Positions 27,564 to 38,953 of a stretch of 64,000 nucleotides of DNA are shown here, piece after piece (position 1 is the first letter of the stretch; every line of letters begins with the position of its first letter). This DNA comes from Paragordius varius (lineage: Eukaryota > Animalia > Nematomorpha). The notes beneath the pieces are model-generated. The model worked only from the letters and a program-made list of their open reading frames with translations. It searched no databases and was not told the origin of the DNA. The stretch lies in assembly GCA_964247055.1 (NCBI GenBank), contig OZ176053.1, positions 1,178,001 to 1,242,000 on the forward strand, read 5' to 3'. The position numbers and the translations under genes are program-made.

Positions 27564-30500
27564 CAGTAAAAACTTATACCAAAACGTAAAAATATAAAGA
27601 CAAATATTTTTTTTCAAAAAAAACAACCATATACTTTTAAAACCATATTTATTTACAATCCTAAACTACATTATTGATTGTGCTACCAATTTACATTTCC
27701 ATCTTATATATTTTGCAGTTTTATATTTAATAAAATTAAGATTAAAAAATATGGTTGTTTTTATATTTTTACGTTTTGTCCGTACAATATCAATTTTTAC
27801 TGTATATATGCACATACTTGTTTATAGAGATATCAAGTTGAAATTCATCAATACTTTTAATGCCATTCCATAAACTTTTCAATATTGATGTGTTTTCTTC
27901 AGTCAACGATAAGTGCTTGTTAATAAGTGCCATACATTTTACAATGTTGAGATTAATGTTGTAAGTAATGATTGATTCTTCCTAAAAATTATTAAAATAT
28001 TAGGATAACTTCTTGCAAAGACCCTTCAGCAAAATTAAAATTTATAAAATAAATGGAAAATTTTTATTTTTAGTATTAGTTTTGGCTTGCAAATTAAAAA
28101 ACAACTGTTTTTCAAAAATTATTTTTTATAATCCAAATTTAATTGTTAAATAACAACTTTGTTATTCATTATTAAAAAATTCGTTTTTGATACTCAGAAT
28201 TATATAATCATGGAAACCTCTGTCATTTCCGCGACCATAGATTTCTGCAATCGCCCAATAAAATTGGCGCAAACATTCTCCTCTGACCACTGACTTAATA
28301 GGGTTTTGCATTTTGATTGGTGGGATTCATTGGATGAGTTTTGTATTAATTTGAGTTTTTTCTGTTCCTGACTAAGGAAAAGATTTCCCTTTGTGGCAAT
28401 GTTGGGTAATGTCATTTCCAACATATGGAGATATTCATTCAAGAGATAATCGAAATGTTTACAATCCAAGTCCTAACATAAATTTATATTAAACTAAAAC
28501 TTTAAAAGAGTTAAAATAATTTTAAATAAAAATATATCTATCGTACCAGATCTGTTGAAAATAGTTCCTTAAACACAAAAATTTCGAAAGGGCGACTTAG
28601 TTTTCGCAAACTTTTTCGAAGTTGTTCTTTGGCAAGATTATGATTCGCGCCCTTTTTATCCAGAGAACTATCATGGTTCATTCTATGTTAAGAAAAAAAA
28701 TTAAAAGTAAATGTATATTACAGGGTTCATGTCAAAAGTCAATACTTTCTCAATTTATTGTTTAATTTTTTGGACTTTAATTGTTTTTTTCGTTTGGATT
28801 CTTTCGTACTTTCTGCATCTTTCTCATGAGTTGTAGAATTAGCATCAATTAGGTGCAAATAATTTGTAATGTTTAATAAGGGAGTATTCTCGCCGTTATT
28901 TTCCTTCTCTATGGTGTGTGAATGCAAAGGAAACAGTATTAAATAGTTTTAAACGCGTAAAAAATAAATGATTACTTGAGTTAACATATTTTCCTGAGAT
29001 TTTATGGCTACTTTCGCATTCTAATAATTGGAGATAATCTCTAAAAGTGTGAAACAACCCATTTTTATTACCATGATTGTTGTGATTAAAATTGTTTGTT
29101 AACGATAATTTTTTATGCGCAGGAGGCAAAGTTATGCTGTTAAGAATTTCACAATGAACTTTTTCCAACGAATAAAAGGTGGGATAGAGTTCAAGTTGAT
29201 CTGAATATTCTTACAAAAGAAATCATAAAAATATGAATCAAACTTTACAGTAAAAACCGAAATTATACGGACAAAACTTAAAAATATAAAGACAAATATT
29301 TCATTACTAAAAGACAACCATACTTTTTAAAACTTAATTTTTCTAAATATAACGTCTTGTTTCAAACTATAAGTATGAGATAACGATGTTTATTGATAAC
29401 ACAACCCATTATAAAATTTGGAATTTAAAACAACCAGATATATTAAAATAGTTTAATTTAAGAAGCATGGTTAGAAAAAAATGTTTGTCTTTATATTTTT
29501 ACGTTTTGTCCGTATAATTTCAATTTTTATTGTATTTAGTAAATACCACTACACAATCTACCATTTAAATCTATAAATGTGTTAATATATATTTGAATAA
29601 ACTACCGATAGTTATATCCAAAAAATTAACCAAATCTAGGAAAGATTGAAATTATCTTAATCATTGCTGCAAATATTCCCGTAAAATATAGTACTTTGAA
29701 GAGCATTTATGATGTATTCTTCAATTTCCATTAGAGTGCCTAATCTTTCGATCAAAACTTGTTTGAGCTTTAAGTGTATGGATAAATGACAACAACCATT
29801 AATAATCTAACGTTAAAGAAAGTGTAAAAAACCTCTCGATACCAATCGGAAGCGATTTGCAAGAAACTCAAACAACATTGAATTCCTTCCAAATTATTTT
29901 TTATTTCCTTTCTATTTTCAATGCCAGTTTGTGAAATATCAAAAGTTGTTCCCTCCTCGTCACACAGTGTAGGTCCAACTTTATAGGACAAATTACAATA
30001 TTTAAATAAATTAGAAAGCGGTAAAAAGATATAAATACCCACCATCATTCAATGTTTGCTCTTGAGATATTATTTCAAAAATATGTTGTAATTCAGTATC
30101 AACAATTGATTTAAAAGACACCCCTAACCCTAAAAAGGGTAATATTACATCCAGTCGATTTGCCTTCAATGCTAAAAACAAAAACAAACGAATGAAACAG
30201 GCATATATATATGAATATTAAAATGCAAACAAACCATACTTCCATATGCCGCGGAATAAATAAATAGGTTCCAAATTTATAAAGGTATCTGTAGGATCTT
30301 GAAAACTATTATTGCTTATATTTTTAGGTGTCGTCGGGCTAAAGTTTATGGTCATATTTGAAATATCTGGGTTAAGCAAAGGCGTTTTATTAGGTTTTTC
30401 CTTATTTTTTTCAGTCATTTCTCTCAAGGCTTCCTCCAAAACCTTCCTATGACGGGGTTTCAATTCAAACAACAATAAATTATTATTTTCAGTTTGTGAT

Positions 30501-33500
30501 GATTGTGACATTATTAAGTATTTAGCCAATAAATTGTTGAACCATTCTAGTAAGAAAAAAGAGTTAAATTTTTCATTTGTGGTCAGAATGTCTAAAATAA
30601 GTATTTTGTGGATGTTTGAGAGAGAATCCGTGCCCATCAAATTGGATAAAAATCTGAAGCATTCCATAGAAGCGATGTTTTGCTTTGCATCCATTTTCTC
30701 ACTTAAATAAAATAGTTTGCGTTTAAAAAATCATTTTTTAAATTTACAATTCACTATAACTAATACTTTTGGGAGAGGGAATCGTTAACATATAAATAAG
30801 CCGCTTGTATTAAGGCATAGAGCGTAAAACAACACGAGTTTCCATAACTGTTATTGTTGCCATTTAATAAAGCCAATTTGCAAGATTTCGTATTATTAGT
30901 TTCAGTTGGATTTAAATTTTCTGTTAGAACGATATCGTCAGAACAAAGTTGAGTTATATTAAGATTAAGGGCCTGGCCTAAAAAATCAAATTGTCGCATA
31001 AATTGGGACAGAGGATGTAATTTTGAAAGTTTTGGTGGATGGCAAAGACATTTAAGAAGTGTGAAGAGATGTGGATACATTGATAGGGGTAGTTTGACAG
31101 ATATATCTATAACTTTCTAGTAAGAAAAACAAAAAGAAGAAATTAGAAATATAAGAGAAGAATATCGAAAACTAACTACGAAACCTGTCTATAATCTTGT
31201 AGTAATGAGCCATCTTCTGAAGAATCAAATAGATTGTCCATTAAATGAGTATTGAGCCTATTATTATGATCACAACAAGGTGGAATGGTGAATGAGATTA
31301 AATGCGTTAGCAATCCAAGTAGGTGATATGTTGAATCAATGCTCTTCGTGCAAGTAATTGCCTCAAATAAGGCCAGTAAACATTTCTACGAACGGTCATT
31401 AATCAAAATAAATAATATTTAAGCCAAATCGAAAAAGTATATACCATTTACAGTTCAAATTGACCCTTGAACAATTCAAATTCACCCTAAAAATAAATTA
31501 TGTGTTTTCGAACTAATATAACTCTTTATTAATATGAAATATATCTTTATGACATAGTTTATTATTTTTTCAGTATTATTTTAATTTAATACAAAATTTT
31601 TATTTTTTAAAAATATATAAAAATATTGGTAATTTTTTATCTTAAAAAACATATATTTTAGTTAGGGGTGAATTTGAATTGTTCAAGGGTGAATTTGAAT
31701 CGTTTAAAGGTGAATTTGAATTGTAAATGGTATATATATGTTAACTTGTTTGATAATATTGGCTACATCTTTGGCTTGCATAATGCTCACATAAAAATAT
31801 ACTCCAAAGTTCCCATCGAAATTGCTAACATTTTCATTTTCCATTTCCCTGTGATGAGTCGAACTGGGTTTGCTTTTTTTACCTATAAAATTAAATGTAA
31901 TAAAAAGAAATTAGTAAGCAATTATTAATCATGCCGAATAAAAACAATATCAATCATATAAATAGGACCTAGAATAACAATATTTAAAAATATTTTAAAC
32001 ATCATATGTATAAAAAAATAATTAGTGGAGACTTTCTTACTATTTAAATAAATTTGTCTGGCTAATAGTTCGGTCGAATCTAAAAATCGTTCCAAAAGAT
32101 TGGGGAAAAATTGGAAAAAATCATTCCATAAAGTTGTTTTAAAGACATTTTTTCCTACTGAGTTGTTCTTTATATTTTGTTCAGTTTGATCACTTTGTAA
32201 AGATTTGATATTCTCAGCCGGTTTTAATCCAGCCTCCTGGGCCAACACTAAAATAAGCAAGTCCAAAATCTGTTTTCCACGAATCGCAAAAATTAAAATT
32301 AGTCTTTTAGTTCTTTCTTGACTCAAAAAATATAATATAAATTACATGTAGAGACGATGAGGGAGAGCTTGTATAAACGTGAGCACTTTTTTGCATTATA
32401 AAGCGTCCAACATTGATTGAAGTTTTAAACAAATTCAAAAATGTTTCTGCGATTCGGACAAAACTAAAAATCATTTTAAAGTTATTAATGAAATAAAGTA
32501 TTGTAATTTAAGACAAACCATTTATTACGCATATTAAGATTTTGTTCATCATTGTTTGATGTCATAATAAATATTCTTTTATTTTCGGCACACAGAGCTT
32601 GGTAAAATTGATTGTAGATTCGTTCTATTCGGTTAATTGTTTCAATTGGGATTTCAAAAGAAGTTTCATTGTTTTTGCCATCTTTAGAAGAGGAGACATT
32701 AACACTTTTGAGTGATTGATTTTTAAGATATGACAACACATATTGTGTAATTAAGTTTAGGGCTAAAGTATGTTCATTTTCCGTCAAATTCAGTTGAGGA
32801 ATAATTTTGATCAAAGAGGTTAAAATCTTATTTTCTAACAAATTCTTAACTTTTTGTGACAAATCAGATTGAGGAGATTCGTTGGTTTCGATATTATTTG
32901 AAGTTATTTGCGCTTCAAACGTTGAAAGACACAAAATTAATTGTTCAACAAGATCAAGGCTATATATCTCACCCATACTTTCAAATATTAAACTACTATA
33001 AAAGGTAATTACATACCCAATATTTTCTATAATAAGTAAGGCCGTTTCATTTCTGTTTAAGATTTCGGGTAAAATTAATAAAAAATCTTTTTGTAAAATA
33101 GGATCAAAGTGCTGAAAATTGGCAAACAAAATTGATACAAATTTCTGCGGATAAACGATATTATAAAACTTGTTCATCATATATAATATTTGTATTACGA
33201 ATAGCATTGATTAGATTAGCATGTCCCTGTTTTGAAGCGTGAGAAATGATATACCGTAGAAGAATCGGTTGAAATTTGAAATTACCTAAACGTATGGATG
33301 CGATCGAATGCATAGTTTCTCTATAAATTAAAACTTAAAATACTCATTCCCAAAAACAATCGGGTTAAACAATTTATTAAATTGAGATGCAACAAAAGTT
33401 TCCGCTTCCTCGGCTAACTTATTATCAGTGAAATCGTAAGTGTCCAATATTTCAATGAAATTTTCAATGTTCCCTTATATATAATATTATCCAAAAAACC

Positions 33501-33611
33501 TCTAATTATACGCGGTTCAGATAAGTCAAAATAGTGCTTGAAAAACTTTTCTACAGAATTCTCCGAATAAGTCCCTTTGACTGATGATGATGTTTTCGTA
33601 AATCTCACCAT
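25540..33611 (-). CDS. FANCD2: Fanconi anemia group D2 protein, multi-exon, copy 1 (5' end uncertain)
   Basis: Colinear matches to FANCD2: SIASI.LGNFKFQPILL, QKDFLLILPEIL, ETFLNLFKTSIN, DWYREVFYTF, GRQFVENF..KLMP, LLKHIPPLKKVLETFVYRI, LKHRNLQ|GQEITSQ; stop at 25540-42. Introns are 21-28 nt, 60-100 nt and MITE-expanded. Not every junction was resolved (notably 26700-27100). Confidence 0.9.
27564..27802. mobile_element. MITE family A in FANCD2 intron (internally deleted relative to 52701-52972)
   Basis: TA|CAGTAAAAAC...TTTTTACTG|TA. Confidence 0.85.
29248..29532. mobile_element. MITE family A in FANCD2 intron
   Basis: TA|CAGTAAAAACCGAAATTATACGGACAAAAC ... GTTTTGTCCGTATAATTTCAATTTTTATTG|TA; shared with 54437-54721. 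Confidence 0.88.
31444..31730. mobile_element. MITE family B in FANCD2 intron
   Basis: TA|CCATTTACAGTTCAAATTG ... TTTGAATTGTAAATGG|TA; shared with 56609-56895. Confidence 0.88.
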
Positions 33612-34039
33612 AAGAATTTAAACGATGTGGGATTATTTCATGTGTTTTTGTGGGCTTAAAAAATTACTTATCAAGACGATCTTGACCGAATCGCCTGATT
33701 TTTCATGAATAAATAATCATAATCAGAGATGGTTTAAATGAACTTGTGCGATCCATGTGCAAAATTTTAAATATATCATATTTGTTGCAGGGATTACATT
33801 TTAGCGCATGTATATAAAATAAATTAAACTATTCCAGCAATTCCGCTGATTAAATAGTTAAAGAGAGCATATAATAAGGAATTGAGCTGACAAATAAAAA
33901 CAGAATTAATTAAAAGGAAAATCTAAAGACACGCCTAGCTGTCCATAAAATTGTTAGTTTCTGTAATTTGCAATTTGAAACACCAGAGTACATATATGGA
34001 TGTAACGGGTAATTTCATTTCCTATGATTGCAATCAGAA

Positions 34040-34810
34040 AAAAATTTATATGATAGGCTGTTTGAAACAACAAATTCGAAGGCTCTAGGCCTTTTTCTCC
34101 TATGGCAACCAGGGATCGGGACATGTGAATCAATACTACCAACCAAGAATTGTTACGTGATAGCGAATCGAAGGGATCTTTTACGAGGTAAATGTATTTT
34201 TTAGGTGTAATGGGATAAACTCCGCGGGAAAAGCGTACATTGCGGAATCCAGAAGCCGTGGACAGATCAAATGCTGGGGATTTGGGACTGGACGATTGAT
34301 GGAGCGACACAGGAAGAGGAACCTACTAATTACGAGGTAATCTTAATTTTTAGGTCTGGGTCGACTTTGGCACATTGGGAGGAGGGATCTGTTGGGATTG
34401 GGCTCTTAGGAACGCCCAGATGGGGAGAAGGCAAATCGTGCCTGGAGCGGATGGATGGCAAGACGCAATAAAGGATCTCATTCGGGATGATTGCACAACA
34501 AACTCTCATTATCCTTGTGGAGAGTTTTTGGGCGAACAGGCTCTCTAATGGGAGGAATAAATCCTCTCCTTCACAAGGGTGGGAAAATAATCTCTTATTA
34601 TTTGGAAGGAGTTGTTTTCCTAACTTGTGTGAAGGAGGAGGATTTATTTGTCCCATTAAAGAGTCTTTTGCCCAAATACTCTCCACAAGTATAATGAGAG
34701 TTTGAGTCAGGCCCCTAAGTCCAAAATTTTAATTTGAGCACTCTTACTCCCGGACGCTCAAAAAAAAATTTGGACTTAGAATATTTTTTAATTTTTTTTT
34801 CGCCCTTGGG
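34040..34810 (+). other. GC-rich island 5' of FANCD2 with two 17-nt intron-like inserts and long hairpins; candidate structured spliced ncRNA or decayed gene
   Basis: Composition shift to high GC. TTACGAG|GTAA...TTTTTAG|GT at 34188-34204 and 34337-34353; 206-nt hairpin at 34499-34704; second hairpin at 34715-34779; then T-tract and G-run. Second copy at ~59200-59985. Confidence 0.45.
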
Positions 34811-35399
34811 GGGGGGGTTATATATATTTATTGATATTTTTTAATTTTTTTTCAATAAAAAACATATTTAGACAACATTTATTGAATAATTTATATAAAA
34901 AATATTAATTTTCCGTGATATATTTATTCTTGTCTGGTTAGGTTATTCTTATTTTTCTGTCCATTTGTTGTTTATAAATTATCAAAATGATTCTTGATTT
35001 CTGTCGATTGGTTGTATTTGTTTATAGAATATCGTAACTAATGTTTGATCGTATTTTCTGATCTATAAAATATTAATAGATAAAATTTAATGTAATGAAT
35101 ACAAATAATTATTAAAATTTTTAAGATATTTTAGCATTTTGTTAAGAATAGCGATTATATTAATCAGCTGTTTTTGCTTGTTTTTAGCCTGATTGTGGTT
35201 CAAGTAAATCTTTATAAACCTAAAATTTAATATTATATAAATTAAAAATTACAAGTAATAATAGCGCGCTTTTATCCTTATAAATGACAAATATATTAGA
35301 TGTTTCAAATTTTATAAACAAATTTTTGTGGTTTTAATAAAATCAAGCCTTTTTATAATATAAAAAGATATGTGGGTGTCGGTTGAGGGCTTTTAAATA

Positions 35400-36900
35400 A
35401 AATTTAACTTTATAATCAAAATGATATTTTTGAGAGAGCGGTTTTTAATACTAATTTAGGTGATTTGTATCAAAGTATAGGAGTTTTTTAATAAAATTTA
35501 GCGGTTCTTAAAAAGATATGATTTTGTCATAAATTGGTGGTTCTTTAATAAATTTTAGTGGTTTTTTCAAGAAAACTGCTTTTTTCAAATAAACCTTCAC
35601 GATTTTTAACCAAAAATAGTGTTTTTTAAATAAAATAGCTATTAAAAAAATCTGGTGGTTTTTTAATCATTTGGCTGATTTTAAAAAAATATATTAAAAA
35701 ATCTTGTTTATTTTTTTATGAGAATATTGTAATAGTATTTTGGATAAGTATATATTCTCTAAACTAAAACAATTACATTATTTATGTAATTTCAAGATTA
35801 TCAAAATTTTCTTATTAAATGTACTATTTTTGAAATATTGTGAATAAGACCTAAACCAAAATATTTAAAGTTTAAAGATATCAGACGTTTTTATCCAAAT
35901 TGTGGTTTTTAAAAAGAAAATTTTAACTTAACAGTTTTTTAACAAAAAAATAGGGTTTTTTAAATAAATATTAGCTGTTTAATAAGCATATTTCAAGGTT
36001 TTTTAATCAAAGTTACCCTGTAATAAAAAATAGGTTTTATATATAAAATTAAAAAAAGATTTGTTGAGATTTATAAAATATCAGCTAATTTAAAAAGATT
36101 TAGTAATTGTTAAATATATAACGGTTTTTAAAAAGAATTGTATTGATCAATTTAGCAGTTTTTTGTAAATAATTTAGAGGTTTTATGATAGCTATTTGCA
36201 GTTTTAGAAATATTTAGCTAGGTTTCAATAATGATTAGCTATTTTTAAAAAACTCTTATTATTTAGCGGTTTTAAATAATGATTTACGGTTTTTAAAAAT
36301 AAATTAGCGGTTTTAAAAAGAATTGTGGATTTTAATAATTATTGGTGGTTAAATTTAGTGGTTTTTCAATATATAATATTTTGTTAAAAAACCTCAGCAG
36401 TTTTTTGATAAAAATTTAGTATTTCTTAGATTTGCGGTTGTTTAAAAGTTTAACGGTTTTTAATAAAAATAAAATTTATGATAAATAAAAGAATAAAAAA
36501 TTTAGCGGTTTTTATGAGAAAAATATGTATTGATATATATTAGCGGTTTATAAAACGTATTTAGAGGTTTTTATATCAATGTTACAATTGGCGTTTTAAA
36601 AGAAATATATCCTGTATTTATGTTGGTGGTTTTTCAATAAAATTTAGTGGTTCCAAAAATCTTTAATGGGTTTTTTAAATTCAAATAATCCTCTTTTTTA
36701 ATATTGTGGTTTTTAGAAAGTTTTACCAATTTTTATCTAATAATTTGTTTATTATTTGATGTTAAATCAAATAAATGAATAAAATAAAAAATAATTGATT
36801 TATTCATCACAGTTGTTCCTTTTAAAATACAAACAACAGTCAATAAAGCCACCTGTTTTTACTTAGTCAGCCGTTTAGAATCAAGTGTTTATAATTAATA
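35400..36900. repeat. Degenerate TTAGCGGTTTTTAA-type satellite
   Basis: Recurrent (TT)AGCGGTTTT / AGCAGTTTT motifs; also at 43000-44000 and 60500-62500. Confidence 0.7.
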
Positions 36901-37929
36901 CAGCCATTAAAGTTATTCTTATTTAAATGATGAAGACAGCTGTTTTAGTATATTTAATTAGATTGTTAAATCAACCGTTTTTTTCAAAAGCATGCGATTA
37001 ATAAACAGATTAATAAAACCAATGATTTAATATAACAGCTGATTAATTAAAAATCTGATTAACTAAATAGACTGATCTATTAAAAAAACTTATTAAATAA
37101 ACATGTGGTTAATAAAAACAATGATTAATAAAAAATTATAAAAGAACCTTAATATGAACACTTGGGGTTTCAAAAACCGATTAATAAAATACAAATAATA
37201 ATTACCAAATTTCAAAATAATCGATTTTCCTGATCAGATTTTGGGCAAATAACTGAGGCAACCAACAAATTCTAAATTAAAAAAATGAAAATATATATAT
37301 TAAAATAAATTTTTTTTAAAAAGGGCCAATAATGTAATTTATAAATAAAGGATTAATTTTAACTCTTTTGCAGAAAATGTTAGCAGATTTCAAAGAGTTG
37401 TTTTAAAAGAATATTAGCAGTTTTAAAAAAAATTTACTAGTTTTACAAGAATTTACCTGTTTTAAATAAAAATTAGCGCTGTTGTAGATTTTAAAAAAAA
37501 ATCTAAAAAGTTTTGCGGTTCTTTTAAATTATCCTTATTATTTTTTGAAAGTAATCGTTGTTCATATAATAAATAAATTAATAGGAGAAAATAATTGATT
37601 ACAATGGAGACAGCTGTTTTAATTAAAAATGATTTGTGTATGTCAACCGCCTTTTTATAAAACAAGTAATTTAAAATAACAGATTAATAAAACAACTGAT
37701 TAATAAAAAAAAATGACTGATAAAAATAACTAAAAAACAGTTGATTAATAAAACCAAAACTCATTAAACAATAAAAAAATTTAATTAATGATTAAAAATG
37801 ATGAAAAACAACTGATATAAACAGCTGATTAATAAAGAGAAAACAAATTAAACAAAAAAAATAAAATAATTAAAACAAATGATTAAAAACAAATGATTTA
37901 GCTAATTAAACAGCTGATTAAAATCAACG

Positions 37930-38950
37930 ATTAAAATCAACTGATTAATTAAAACAACTAATTAAAAACAACTAATTAAAAACAACTAATTAAAAACAAC
38001 TAATTAAAAACAACTAATTAAAAACAACCGATTAAAAACAACTGACTAATTAAAACATCTGATTAATTAAAACATCTGATTAATTAAAACATCTGATTAA
38101 TTAAAACATTTGATTAAATAAAACAACAGATTAATTAAACAACTGACTAATTAAAACAACTGACTAATTAAAACAACTGATAATTAAAAACTGACTAATT
38201 AAAACAACTGATAAATTAAAACAACTGATTAATTAAAACAAAGGTTAATTAAAACAAATGATTTAAACAACTGGTTAAAAACAACTATATAAAAACAGCT
38301 GATTAATAAAAAGAAAACTCATTAAACGATAAAAAATAATTTATTAAAACAAATGATTAAAAACAAAAGATTTAAAAACTGAATAAAACAATTGATTAAA
38401 ATAACTGATTAAAACAACTGGTTGATTAAAACAACTGGTTGATTAAAACAACTGGTTAATTAACAACTGGTTGATTAAAACAACTGGTTAATTAAAACAA
38501 CTGGTTAATTAAAACAACTTAATTAAAACAATTGGTTAACTAAAACAGCTGGTTAATTAAAACAGCTGGTTAATTAAAACAGCTGGTTAATTAAAACAGC
38601 TGGTTAATTAAAACAACTGATTATATAAAACAACTGATTATATAAAACAACTGATTAAATAAAACAAATATTTAAAACTCTAATTAATTAAAACAACTGA
38701 CTAATTAAAACATCTGATTAATTAAAACAACAGATTAATTAAAACAACAACAACAACAATTAAAACAACTGATTATTTAAAACAACTGGTTAAATAAAAC
38801 AACTGATATTAAAACAACTGATATTAAAACAACTGACCATATAAAACAACTGATTAATTAAAACAGCTGATTAATTAAAGCAACAGATTAATTAAAACAT
38901 ATTAATTAAAACAACAGAATATTTAAACAACTGATTAAATAAAAGATTAT
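37930..38950. repeat. ~17-bp minisatellite AATTAAAACAACTGATT
   Basis: Dozens of tandem variants; resumes after the Tc1 insertion at 40917-41100; copy at 63540-64000. Confidence 0.92.
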
Positions 38951-38953
38951 TTA

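Larger units (their letters stand above)
25060..38400. repeat. Segmental duplication, copy 1 (paired with 49920-64000+)
   Basis: Colinear identity of FANCD2 exons, intronic MITEs, GC-rich island and satellites at an offset of ~24.9-25.6 kb. Confidence 0.97.

Noticed and set aside
30122-30133. CCCTAACCCTAA as an interstitial telomere
   Set aside because: It lies inside a FANCD2 exon (TTA GGG TTA GGG = LGLG) and is altered synonymously in copy 2.
34040-34640. Stop-codon reassignment (TAA=Gln, TGA=Trp) to open the GC-island frame
   Set aside because: FANCD2, the chitin-binding gene and both transposases end at TAA/TAG and contain no in-frame stops. Several stops in the island are copy-specific, consistent with decay or non-coding status.
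33954-34705. Short ORFs on both strands of the GC island as real proteins
   Set aside because: They overlap each other and the hairpin, match no domain I recognise, and both 118-aa minus ORFs are absent from the ORF track for copy 2.
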